This document shows positions 1-8,713 of a DNA stretch of 64,000 nt, piece by piece. The position numbers and the translations under genes were made by a program. Below the pieces are notes generated by a model. That model had not been told where the DNA came from. It worked only from the letters and a program-made list of their open reading frames with translations, and did no database searches. Where the stretch lies: contig DASXEU010000089.1 of the NCBI GenBank assembly GCA_036489935.1, positions 4,161 to 68,160 of the forward strand. Direction: 5' to 3'. Numbering within the stretch: position 1 is the first letter of the stretch; each line of letters starts with the position of its first letter. The DNA is from Acidimicrobiales bacterium (GTDB lineage Bacteria > Actinomycetota > Acidimicrobiia > Acidimicrobiales > RAAP-2).

Positions 1-517
1 CGGCCTCAACGAGCCGTCAATCTTCATCTTCAATCACAGCGACGACCTCGACGGCCCGGTCGGCTTCGAGGCCCTCCCACGTCGCGTCCGACGACGGCTG
101 AGCGTTGCCGTGGGTGCGGACATTTTGGAAGATCACCCGATGCTTTCGTTCATCCTTCGACTCTGCTTCGCGGCGTTCGCGTTTGAGCGTCGCAAAGCAA
201 CGCGCGCGAGCCTCGACTATGTCCGCGAGATGATCGACTCGGGTTGGCATGTGCTGCTCGCGCCCGAGGGGCGCCTCAGCACGACGGGCGAACTACTCGA
301 GTTCAAGTCGGGCATTGGCCTATTGGCAGTGCAGCTCGGCGTACCCGTCGTGCCCATGAGGGTGGTCGGCCTCTCGGGTACCGTGCCGATGCACGCGAAG
401 TGGCCGAAGAAGCGCAGCGACGTGATCGTGCGCATTGGCGAGCCGCAACGCTTTGGTCCCGACGTCAGATACCGTGCGGCGACGCGCGCATTGCGCGACG
501 CGGTGGAGTCGCTATAG
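1..517 (+). CDS. 1-acyl-sn-glycerol-3-phosphate acyltransferase (PlsC-type) domain, 5'-truncated by the window
   Basis: Frame is open from base 2 (GLNEPSIFIFNHSDDLD, an HX4D motif) and continues into APEGRLS...FKSG...VPVVP motifs; stop at 515-517. Confidence 0.85.
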   Translation, partial: GLNEPSIFIFNHSDDLDGPVGFEALPRRVRRRLSVAVGADILEDHPMLSFILRLCFAAFAFERRKATRASLDYVREMIDSGWHVLLAPEGRLSTTGELLEFKSGIGLLAVQLGVPVVPMRVVGLSGTVPMHAKWPKKRSDVIVRIGEPQRFGPDVRYRAATRALRDAVESL

Positions 518-524
518 CGAAGCG

Positions 525-1379
525 TTACTTGCGGTAGGAGTAAAAGCCCTGGCCGGATTTGCGGCCCATCAGGCCCGCTTGGGTCATGCGCGACAGCAAC
601 GGTGGCGGCGCGAGGTGCGGCTCTTTGAACTCCTCGTAGAGCGACTCGGCAACGGCGAGTGTCGTGTCGAGGCCAATCAGGTCGCTGAGAGCGAGCGGTC
701 CCATCGGGTGCGCGCATCCCACGACCATGCCGGTGTCGATATCTTCCGCGCTCGCGAATCCTGACTCCAGCATGCGAATGGCCGACAGCAGATAGGGGAT
801 GAGCAGTGCATTCACGACGAAGCCCGCACGGTCCGGGGACGTGATGACCTTTTTGTTAAGCGATTCGCTCGCGTACGTGGACACGAGTTCGGACGTTTCG
901 GAGCTCGTGAGCAGCGAGGGGATGAGCTCCACCAACCGGAGCACCGGTACCGGATTGAAGAAGTGCATGCCGATGACCTGCTCGGGACGCGAGGTCACCA
1001 TGGCGAGTTTGATGATCGGGATGGACGACGTGTTGGTCGCGAGCACCGCCAGCGGGTCTTGCACGGCAGCGTCGATTTTGCGAAACACCTCGAGCTTGAT
1101 CGCTTCGTTCTCCGCCACTGCTTCGACGACGAGTTGGCATTGGGCGAGATCGGCGAAATCGACCGAATAGGTCAGCTGCGCGCGCGTGCGATCGGCCTCT
1201 TCCTCGGCCATTTTGCCTGAGGTGACCGCGCGCGTGAGCGAGCGCTCGACGCGCTCTCTTCCCGCCGCAAGCGCTTCCTCGTCTCGTTCCACGACCGTGA
1301 CGAACGCTCCGGCGCGCGCGGTCACTTCGGCGATGCCCGAGCCCATCAGACCGCAACCTACGACACCTACTCGTTCCAC
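525..1379 (-). CDS. hbd: 3-hydroxybutyryl-CoA dehydrogenase
   Basis: GVVGCGLMGSGIAEV Rossmann motif, EAVAEN, TNTSSI, GMHFFNP, HPMGPL; GTG at 1379 preceded by AGGAGG. Confidence 0.92.
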   Translation of the reverse strand: MERVGVVGCGLMGSGIAEVTARAGAFVTVVERDEEALAAGRERVERSLTRAVTSGKMAEEEADRTRAQLTYSVDFADLAQCQLVVEAVAENEAIKLEVFRKIDAAVQDPLAVLATNTSSIPIIKLAMVTSRPEQVIGMHFFNPVPVLRLVELIPSLLTSSETSELVSTYASESLNKKVITSPDRAGFVVNALLIPYLLSAIRMLESGFASAEDIDTGMVVGCAHPMGPLALSDLIGLDTTLAVAESLYEEFKEPHLAPPPLLSRMTQAGLMGRKSGQGFYSYRK

Positions 1380-1518
1380 CAAAGCCTCCTTCGTGCCACG
1401 AAAAACGAGTCTACGGCCGTGCTCGAACGCCTTTCGCCGTGCCGCACGCCTCGTGGGGCGTGGTTCTGCGGTGGCTACGATTGACGCGAGCCACAACGAA
1501 CGTCTCACGGAGGTCACC

Positions 1519-2001
1519 ATGGACACGGTCAACGTCATCGTTGAAATCCCGCGCTTTAGTCAGAACAAATACGAGTACGACCACGAGTCCGACACCATCA
1601 AGTTGGATCGCCATCTGCTCGTCTCCATGGGTTACCCCGCGGAGTATGGGTTCATCCCGGACACGCTGGGTGGCGACGGCGACCCCCTCGACGCACTCGT
1701 CCTCACGGAGTTCCCGACGTTTCCCGGTTGCCTCATCGAATCGAAGATCCTCGGCATGTGCGTCATGACCGATGAGAACGGTCGCGACGAGAAGCTCATC
1801 ACCGTGCCCGATTACGACAAGAAGTGGAAGGACGCAACGGACATTACGGACGTGCCCAAAGAGATCCTCGATCGAATTAGCCACTTCTTTAGGGTCTACA
1901 AGGACCTCGACGAGGGAAAATGGGTGAAGGTTGAAGGTTACGCCGGACGGGCCGAGGCGCTCGCGGAACTCGAAGCGGCACGTGAGAGGTACGTCGGCTG
2001 A
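1519..2001 (+). CDS. ppa: Family I inorganic pyrophosphatase
   Basis: EIPR..NKYEYD, YPAEYGFIP, DGDPLD, DEK motifs; ATG 1519 after GGAGG. Confidence 0.95.
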   Translation: MDTVNVIVEIPRFSQNKYEYDHESDTIKLDRHLLVSMGYPAEYGFIPDTLGGDGDPLDALVLTEFPTFPGCLIESKILGMCVMTDENGRDEKLITVPDYDKKWKDATDITDVPKEILDRISHFFRVYKDLDEGKWVKVEGYAGRAEALAELEAARERYVG

Positions 2002-2091
2002 TCGTTCCAGATTCGCTCGCGAGTCACTAGCCCGATCGGATACCTCATCGCTCGCGATATTGTTGCCGACTGACCCTCTCGAAATGACGCC

Positions 2092-2589
2092 GTGACCCTC
2101 GACCAGTTTCCAAAATCAATTCAATCCCTCCTCGCGGCGTTCCGCCTTGATCTGAAGGTGAACCTGCAGCGCCAGCCCGCCGCGGTTGCGATTCTGCTCG
2201 CGACAATCGTCTCCCTGGTCGGTTCGCTGCTGGCGGACTACCTGCTCGTCAAGCTCGGCATCAAGGTGTTTCCCTCTACCGTTGGTTACTCGCATTTCCA
2301 GTTCTCCGATTACTCCAAGCTCACCGTGATTGGTGTGTTGATCGCGTGCGTGGCGTGGCCAGTTGCAACTCGTCTCACGTCGACTCCGCGCGAATTCTTC
2401 TTTCGCGCGGCAATCCTGATCACGATCGTCCTCATTGCCCCGGACCTTTACATCTGGCACGGGGGCTCGCCGTTTAAGGCCGTTTTCGTGCTGATCTGGC
2501 TGCACGTTGCGATCGCCATCGTCACGTACAACGCCCTCGTTCGACTCGCGCCGGTGCCGCACGGTCGACACGCTCGTCACGACGGGTAA
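2092..2589 (+). CDS. Small multi-TM membrane protein (DUF6069-like)
   Basis: About four hydrophobic segments; PD and LHV motifs resemble the DUF6069 family as I recall it. Confidence 0.6.
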   Translation: MTLDQFPKSIQSLLAAFRLDLKVNLQRQPAAVAILLATIVSLVGSLLADYLLVKLGIKVFPSTVGYSHFQFSDYSKLTVIGVLIACVAWPVATRLTSTPREFFFRAAILITIVLIAPDLYIWHGGSPFKAVFVLIWLHVAIAIVTYNALVRLAPVPHGRHARHDG

Positions 2590-2655
2590 CGCGAGCACCG
2601 CGTTAGCGGTCCCTTGAAAAGTCGCTAATGGAACGCGCTTTCGTCTGTGCTTGCT

Positions 2656-2680
2656 AATATCTAGTACTTCACTGGAAATT
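2656..2680. promoter_or_regulatory. Imperfect palindrome upstream of cysT, candidate Rrf2/CymR-type operator
   Basis: AATATCTAGT-acttc-ACTGGAAATT, 8/10 arm match, AT-rich, about 70 bp upstream of the start. Confidence 0.4.
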
Positions 2681-2748
2681 GAGGTAATTGCCCGGGCGCG
2701 GAGTTGGGCGTTATCTCGACCGATTCGCGACACCCACGAAGGACGAGT

Positions 2749-3675
2749 ATGGCCACGGCCTTAGACACGCAGATGCCAGCTCCTTCGCGCTCATCGTCCC
2801 GCGGTCCGAGCGGATGGCGTCGCCTTCGCTCGAAGCTGGCGTTGCCCCTGCTCGCGGGTGGCGGCGGTGCGCTGATCGTTGGCTATCTCTCGCTGATTGT
2901 TCTCATCCCCATTGCCGCCCTCGTGAGTCACGGCTTTTCCCTCTCGGTGACAACCCACGGTGCGGGGATCGAGTTCTGGCGCTGGAGTGTCTCGATCGGG
3001 TGGAAGACATTCTGGAGCGCCGTCACCGCGACGGGCGCGAAACAGGCCATCATCCTCTCGCTCTGGCTATCGCTCAGCGTCGCCGCCATCAATGCCGTCA
3101 TGGGTGTCGCGATCGCGTGGGTGCTGGTGCGCGACAACTTTTTCGGCAAAGGGCTCCTTGAGGCGTCGATCGACCTCCCCTTTGCGCTGCCGACCATCGT
3201 GGCGGGAGTGGTATTGCTCGCGATCTACGGCGTCGACAGTCCCATTCACGTCGATCTCTTTGAAACATGGATGGGACTCATGCTCGCGTTGTTGTTCGTG
3301 ACGCTGCCCTTCAGCGTGCGGGCCGTCCAGCCAGTGCTCGCATCCCTCGACCTCGAAAGCGAAGCGGCCGCGCGAACCCTCGGCGCCGGCGGGCTGCGCA
3401 CGTTCTTTACCGTGATCTTGCCGTCGCTCTGGCCCGCGATCCTCGGTGGTTTCGGGCTCGCCTTCGCGCGCGCGGTCGGCGAATTCGGCTCCATCTCGCT
3501 CATCGCAGGCGGCATCGGACGGACGACGACCGCTTCGTATTACATCTACAACCTGACCCAGGGATTCCTCTGGACTGGCGCGGCAGCGGTTTCGACCGCG
3601 CTGCTCCTCATCAGTCTCATCATCCTCGTCACGACGAATGTGCTGTCTCGTCGCTTTCAGAAGCGGACTCTCTGA
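2749..3675 (+). CDS. cysT: Sulfate ABC transporter permease CysT
   Basis: IDLPFALPTIVAG, FVTLPFSVRAVQPVL, EAAARTLGA, FARAVGEFGS. Confidence 0.9.
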   Translation: MATALDTQMPAPSRSSSRGPSGWRRLRSKLALPLLAGGGGALIVGYLSLIVLIPIAALVSHGFSLSVTTHGAGIEFWRWSVSIGWKTFWSAVTATGAKQAIILSLWLSLSVAAINAVMGVAIAWVLVRDNFFGKGLLEASIDLPFALPTIVAGVVLLAIYGVDSPIHVDLFETWMGLMLALLFVTLPFSVRAVQPVLASLDLESEAAARTLGAGGLRTFFTVILPSLWPAILGGFGLAFARAVGEFGSISLIAGGIGRTTTASYYIYNLTQGFLWTGAAAVSTALLLISLIILVTTNVLSRRFQKRTL

Positions 3676-4493
3676 TGAAGGGGACTCATCGCTTGGCCAT
3701 CCGGGGCGTCGTCCTCGTCTACCTCGCCATCCTTATCGGACTGCCGGTCGTGTTCTTGGTGGTCAAGGCCTTCCAACATGGCTTCGGGCCCTTCTGGTCG
3801 CAGATCACCCAACCCGAAGCACTTTCCGCGCTGCTGCTCTCGGTGGAAGTCGCCGCGATCGCGGTGCCCGTCAACGCGATTGTCGGCGTCGGGGCGGCAA
3901 TCCTCATTGCACGTCACAACTTTCTCGGTAAGCGTGCCTTCGATACGACCTTCGACATTCCCGTCGCCGTCTCGCCGGTCATCCTCGGCGTTGCCCTCGT
4001 ACTCGCGTACTCACGCATTGGCTGGTTCGGCGCGCCGCTCGCGCGCGTCGGCATTATGGTGCTCTTCTCGCCGCTTGGCATCACGCTCGCCACCATGGCC
4101 GTGTCGTTGCCCTACGTGCTGCGCTCGATTGTGCCCGTGCTGCTCGAGGTTGGCACGGAGCAAGAGCAGGCCGCGCGCACCCTCGGAGCGGGACGCCTCC
4201 GTTCCTTCTTTCAGGTCACGTTGCCCTCCATCCGCTGGGCCGTCATGTACGGCATCACGCTCACGATCGCGCGTACGCTCGGCGAGTTCGGGGCGGTGCT
4301 CGTCGTCTCGGGCAACATCTCAGGGCGCACCCAGACGCTGCCGATCTACATCTATGACGACTGGGACCAGAAGTTTGATGTGTTGGGCTCCTATTCCGAC
4401 GCTCTCATTCTGGCCCTCATGTCGGTGTTAGTACTCGGCATCCTCGCCGTGTTACGAAAGAGAGAAAGGAAGCTGCGTGTCGATCTCGCTTAG
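3675..4493 (+). CDS. cysW: Sulfate ABC transporter permease CysW
   Basis: DIPVAVSPVI, EQEQAARTLGA, ARTLGEFGAVLVVSGNI.G.TQTLP; TGATG coupling with cysT. Confidence 0.9.
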   Translation: MKGTHRLAIRGVVLVYLAILIGLPVVFLVVKAFQHGFGPFWSQITQPEALSALLLSVEVAAIAVPVNAIVGVGAAILIARHNFLGKRAFDTTFDIPVAVSPVILGVALVLAYSRIGWFGAPLARVGIMVLFSPLGITLATMAVSLPYVLRSIVPVLLEVGTEQEQAARTLGAGRLRSFFQVTLPSIRWAVMYGITLTIARTLGEFGAVLVVSGNISGRTQTLPIYIYDDWDQKFDVLGSYSDALILALMSVLVLGILAVLRKRERKLRVDLA

Positions 4494-5424
4494 TCATCTC
4501 ACAAAGCACTATGGCAAGACGCATGCAGTGGAGGATGTCTCGGTCGAGATCACTCACAACTCCTTGACAGCGATCCTCGGACCCTCGGGATCAGGCAAGT
4601 CCACGCTCTTAAAGCTCATTAGCGGACTCGAATCACCCGACACGGGCACCGTCACGATCGACGGCGAGGACATGACCCATGTCGACCCTCGGCACCGCGA
4701 CATTGGTTTCTGCTTTCAGAACTACGCGCCCTTTCGCCACATGAACGTCGCGAAGAACGTCGCCTTTGGACTCAAGGTGCGCAAGCGCTCCTCGAGTGAG
4801 ATCGAGACGCGCGTGAAAGAGCTGCTCGCGCTCGTGCGACTCGAGGACAAAGCGAAGAGTTTTCCCTCCCAGCTCTCCGGTGGTGAGCGTCAACGTATGG
4901 CGCTCGCGAGGGCGCTCGCGATCGAGCCGCGCGTGCTGCTGCTCGACGAGCCCTTCGGCGCCCTCGACGCCGTGGTGCGCCAAGAGCTCCGCCAATGGGT
5001 AAAGGAGCTTCACGCCCAGATGCCGGTCACGACGGTGCTCGTCACCCACGACCAGCAAGAGGCGATGGAAGTCGCCGACCAGCTGATCGTCATGCGCGCG
5101 GGCAGCGTTGTCCAGGCGGGTCATCCTCTCGCGCTCTACGAGAGCCCCGCGACGAACTTCGTGCACGAGTTCCTCGGACCCTCGACCATGTTCCTCGGTG
5201 AGGTGACGAGACCCCACGACCTTGAGCTCGTCTCGGTCTACGACGGCACGGCGAAGGGCCGCATCGCGTCGATCGTCTCACTTGGCTTCGAGGCCCAGGT
5301 CACCGTCGAGCTGAGCGATGGCACAACAACCTGGGTCCAGCTCAGCCGTAACGAGCTCTCGAAATTGGGACTTCGTGTTGCGCTGTTAGTCGGCGTGCGA
5401 CGACGCGCGGACGCCGACTTCTAG
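4477..5424 (+). CDS. cysA: Sulfate ABC transporter ATP-binding subunit CysA
   Basis: Walker A GPSGSGKS, LSGGERQR, LLLDEPFGALDA, VTHDQQEA, C-terminal RPHD/TOBE-like region. Confidence 0.92.
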   Translation: MSISLSHLTKHYGKTHAVEDVSVEITHNSLTAILGPSGSGKSTLLKLISGLESPDTGTVTIDGEDMTHVDPRHRDIGFCFQNYAPFRHMNVAKNVAFGLKVRKRSSSEIETRVKELLALVRLEDKAKSFPSQLSGGERQRMALARALAIEPRVLLLDEPFGALDAVVRQELRQWVKELHAQMPVTTVLVTHDQQEAMEVADQLIVMRAGSVVQAGHPLALYESPATNFVHEFLGPSTMFLGEVTRPHDLELVSVYDGTAKGRIASIVSLGFEAQVTVELSDGTTTWVQLSRNELSKLGLRVALLVGVRRRADADF

Positions 5425-7134
5425 ACGTCCCTTTGCGATGCTGCGCGCTGACGGGGTCACGCGTAGCCAGGACGTGATGGCGGCCAGAGCGCAGAGAATC
5501 GCGGCGAAGTCGAGAGCGGGGTGGAGTCCTGAGACGAACGCCTTCTCGATGATTGTCGGAAAGAACTTTCGACCGAGAACGGTGGTTCGAGCGGCCGGGC
5601 TGAGCGACGCGAGAACGTGCGCACCGAGCAGGTGGGCCATCGGGTTGTAGCCGAGGAACGATGCGAAGAGTGTTGTCACCGGCGGCAACGAGGAGATGTG
5701 GTGGGCCACAGACGGTGCGATGCCCTCGTTCGTCAACCCCACATACAGTGCGTGCGGCAACGTGCGTGAGAGACCAATGATCATGAGGGTAAAGAAGATC
5801 CCGATCGAGAGCACCTGTCCGGAATTCTGAAAGGTCGAGTTCATGCCTGAGCCGACGCCCCGGTTCTCGGGTGGCAGCGAGTTCATGATGCTCGCGCGAT
5901 TGGGCGCAGCGAACATGCCCATCGACAGACCGTTCAAGAACAACAAGAGTCCAAAGACTGGGTAGGAGAAGTCGGCGGGAAGGAACTGCAGCAAGAAGAA
6001 GGAGATCGCAGCACCCACCATGCCTCCGACGGTAAAAGGTCTCGCCCCGTAGCGGTCGGAGAGGAAGCCGCAGACCGGGCCGGCCACGAGAAAACCACCC
6101 GTCAGCGGCAACAGCGCAATGCCCGCCCAGAGCGGCGTCTCGGAGAAGGCGTAGCCGTGCAGCGGCAGCCAAATGCCTTGCAGCCAGATGACCATCGTGA
6201 ACATCAGACCGCCGCGTCCGATTGCAGAGAACAGCGTCGAAATGCTGCCCGCGGTGAACGCCCGGATCCTAAAGAGGCTGAGCTTGAACATCGGGTCGGG
6301 GGAGCGAACTTCGATGCGTGCGAAGAAGAACAACGCGATCACGCCGACGATCAAACACGCGAGCACGAACGGACTCGTCCAGCCCATCACGTGACCGCCG
6401 TACGGCTGGATGCCGTAGGTGATGCCCACCATCAGCGCGACAAGGCCGAGTGCGAACGTGACGTTCCCGCTCCAGTCGACATGGGAGTCGATCTTGGTCG
6501 GCAGCTCCTTCAAGTTGAGATAAGCCCAGATGGTGCCGAAGATGCCGATCGGCACCGAGATGATGAAGATGAGTCGCCACTCAATGGGACCCAGCAGGCC
6601 GCCGAGAATCAGTCCGATGAACGAACCGGCGATGGCCGCGATCTGGTTGATGCCAACCGCCATGCCTCGCTGGTTCTCGGGAAAGGCGTCGGTGAGGATC
6701 GCCGTCGAGTTGGCGATGAGGAACGCTGCCCCGACACCCTGAAACAGCCGCATCACGACGAGCCAGATGCCCGCCGCGGTGCCCTGCATCCACGTGATCG
6801 AGAGCATCAGCGAGAAGAACGTGTAGATGACAAAACCGATGTTGTACATCCGCACGCGCCCGAGCATGTCGCCCAGTCGACCGAGGCTCACGACGAGCAC
6901 CGAGGTCACGATCATGAAGCCGAGGATCATCCACAGCAGGTAGAAGGTGTTGCCCGGCTCGAGCGGATTGATGTTGATGCCCTTGAAGATGTCCGGCAGC
7001 GCGATGAGCACGATCGATGTGTCGATCGTTGCCATGAGCATGCCGAGCGTCGTGTTCGACAAAACCATCCACTTGTAACGATCTGAGTCGGGGCGTGGGG
7101 CGTCGCGCCGAGCTCTCGTGCTCGCGATGCTCAC
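5386..7134 (-). CDS. MFS transporter, 14-TM DHA2 (EmrB/QacA-like)
   Basis: D.SIV.IALP, GRLGDMLGR motif A, WR.IF.I.VPIG, GFLSDRYGAR. Confidence 0.9.
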   Translation of the reverse strand: MSIASTRARRDAPRPDSDRYKWMVLSNTTLGMLMATIDTSIVLIALPDIFKGININPLEPGNTFYLLWMILGFMIVTSVLVVSLGRLGDMLGRVRMYNIGFVIYTFFSLMLSITWMQGTAAGIWLVVMRLFQGVGAAFLIANSTAILTDAFPENQRGMAVGINQIAAIAGSFIGLILGGLLGPIEWRLIFIISVPIGIFGTIWAYLNLKELPTKIDSHVDWSGNVTFALGLVALMVGITYGIQPYGGHVMGWTSPFVLACLIVGVIALFFFARIEVRSPDPMFKLSLFRIRAFTAGSISTLFSAIGRGGLMFTMVIWLQGIWLPLHGYAFSETPLWAGIALLPLTGGFLVAGPVCGFLSDRYGARPFTVGGMVGAAISFFLLQFLPADFSYPVFGLLLFLNGLSMGMFAAPNRASIMNSLPPENRGVGSGMNSTFQNSGQVLSIGIFFTLMIIGLSRTLPHALYVGLTNEGIAPSVAHHISSLPPVTTLFASFLGYNPMAHLLGAHVLASLSPAARTTVLGRKFFPTIIEKAFVSGLHPALDFAAILCALAAITSWLRVTPSARSIAKGRLEVGVRASSHAD

Positions 7135-7406
7135 GAGGCGAGTTCGCTCAACAGCTCACTGGGAATGTTGTCGAGGGTGGTGAGGATGGCATTCGCGAGC
7201 GCCCGGGCGCTCGCGGGGTTGAGCTCGATCGCGGCACGTGCTGAGGGGCCCTCGGCGGGATTGAGCAGATCGATCATCAGAGCGTGTCCCGCCATGTAAT
7301 GGACGGGGTGGTCGAAGTAGACGGTCGCCTTCGTCATTGACGTCCAACCGTTTTGGGTCTTGGCGCTCGCCGAGACGTCGAGTCGCTCAGTTTGGTAGGT
7401 GCACAT
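7131..7406 (-). CDS. Small conserved protein (DUF6295-like)
   Basis: MCT...SAK...GW....A.VYFDHPVH....HAL.ID..NP..GPSAR.A.EL...SARAL pattern; RBS GGGAG; GTGA overlap with MFS start. Confidence 0.75.
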   Translation of the reverse strand: MCTYQTERLDVSASAKTQNGWTSMTKATVYFDHPVHYMAGHALMIDLLNPAEGPSARAAIELNPASARALANAILTTLDNIPSELLSELAS

Positions 7407-7414
7407 AGAACTCC

Positions 7415-8146
7415 CTAGGCGATCGTGCGCGCGAGGAACGTGAAGATTTCTTTCCAGCCCTCGTTCGCCGCTTCGACGCGGTAGCTCGGGCGGTCGACCG
7501 CGAAGAATGCGTGTCCCGCGCCGTCGTAGGTATGAAACGTGAACTCCTTGCCTGCGGCTTCGAGGGCCTTGGCGAGCATGTCGTTCTGTTCCGGCGAGGG
7601 GTAGGTGTCTTCAGCGCCGAAGAGTCCGAGGAGCGGGCCCGAGAGGTTCCCCGTCTCACCGATGACGGCAACCATGTTCGAATCCGGTCGGTCGACCGCG
7701 ACAAACGCTCCGTAGCAGTCAATGACGGCGTCGAGCGGGAGGCGACATCCCGAGAGGAAGGACTGACGTCCGCCCGAGCAGTAGCCAATCGAGGCGACTT
7801 TGCCATTCGAGGTGGGAAGGGATTTGAGATGCGCCATGGCACCGGCGACGTCACCAATGAGCCGGTCGTCGGGCACGCCACCGAGGTCGCGCGCAGTCGC
7901 CGCGGCGTCGTCGGGACTCGCACCCGGCGCTTCGCGATGGTAGAGATTCGGTATCAGCGCCGAGTAGCCATTCGCCGCAAACTTTCGGGCGATCTCCTTC
8001 GTGGCCTCGTCGTAGCCGGGCATGTGGTGGATCACGACAATCGATCCCGCGTGCTCCACGTCGGTTGGCACCGCAAGGTACGCTTCGATTTCGTCGCCCT
8101 CGTGGCCTTTTATGGTGATGGTGTCGGCGCGCAGATTGTGTGTCAC
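7415..8146 (-). CDS. Dienelactone hydrolase family protein
   Basis: Nucleophile elbow GYCSGG, FGAED, YDGAGHAF catalytic His. Confidence 0.9.
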   Translation of the reverse strand: MTHNLRADTITIKGHEGDEIEAYLAVPTDVEHAGSIVVIHHMPGYDEATKEIARKFAANGYSALIPNLYHREAPGASPDDAAATARDLGGVPDDRLIGDVAGAMAHLKSLPTSNGKVASIGYCSGGRQSFLSGCRLPLDAVIDCYGAFVAVDRPDSNMVAVIGETGNLSGPLLGLFGAEDTYPSPEQNDMLAKALEAAGKEFTFHTYDGAGHAFFAVDRPSYRVEAANEGWKEIFTFLARTIA

Positions 8147-8209
8147 GGTGATCCTTTCAGTGGGTCCGCCGTAGCGGCTCCGGAGCTTGGAATTGGCGGG
8201 GCAAGGAAT

Positions 8210-8228
8210 TAGTTACTTTAAGTAACTA
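8210..8228. promoter_or_regulatory. Perfect palindrome, probable MarR operator
   Basis: TAGTTACTT-T-AAGTAACTA between divergent hydrolase and marR genes. Confidence 0.75.
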
Positions 8229-8245
8229 CCTGTTATATTAGCGCG

Positions 8246-8713
8246 ATGGCCAAGTCCTCGTCTACTCCCGCGAACGACACGACGCTCGAGCGCGAGTGGG
8301 GACGACTGCGTCGCGGGCATCTGATGCAGCAGATTCGCGCGACGAGCGCACCCGGACATAGTCCGCTCGAGATCGAGTTGCTTCGCGCCATCGTCGAAGC
8401 GGGGGAGATCCGCGCATCAGATCTCGCCAACAGGTTGTTCGTCACCAAGACGTCGATCAGTCGATACGTGAACGACATGCTGGACGACGGATTGTTGAGC
8501 CAGCGCCGCGACCCTTCGGACGGGCGCGCGACGCTCCTGTCTGTGTCGGCAGCCGGTCGGCGGGAGTTTGAAGAGCGCGAGGCGCGCCGCAGCGAGTTCT
8601 TGAGTGAGATCTGTCGGGGATGGTCGAAGGGTGACGTCGAGAAGCTGACGACGCTCCTGAAGCGTCTAAATGATGGACTTTCTAGGCACCGCGGCGAGAC
8701 GACAAGCTCCTAG
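8246..8713 (+). CDS. MarR family transcriptional regulator
   Basis: wHTH RASDLANRLFVTKTSISRYV and DPSDGRA wing; TATATT-N6-ATG leaderless start. Confidence 0.9.
   Translation: MAKSSSTPANDTTLEREWGRLRRGHLMQQIRATSAPGHSPLEIELLRAIVEAGEIRASDLANRLFVTKTSISRYVNDMLDDGLLSQRRDPSDGRATLLSVSAAGRREFEEREARRSEFLSEICRGWSKGDVEKLTTLLKRLNDGLSRHRGETTSS

Noticed and set aside
1186-1538. Long N-terminal extensions of ppa and hbd that overlap head to head
   Set aside because: Both have good RBS-linked starts further in (1519 and 1379); the extensions are open-frame artefacts
5386-5424. 39-bp 3' overlap between cysA and the MFS gene
   Set aside because: Short convergent overlaps are common in compact GC-rich genomes
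5342-7086. Long antisense ORFs here and elsewhere (e.g. 14879-15850, 21248-22339, 26412-27320)
   Set aside because: Shadow frames of high-GC genes with no protein motifs
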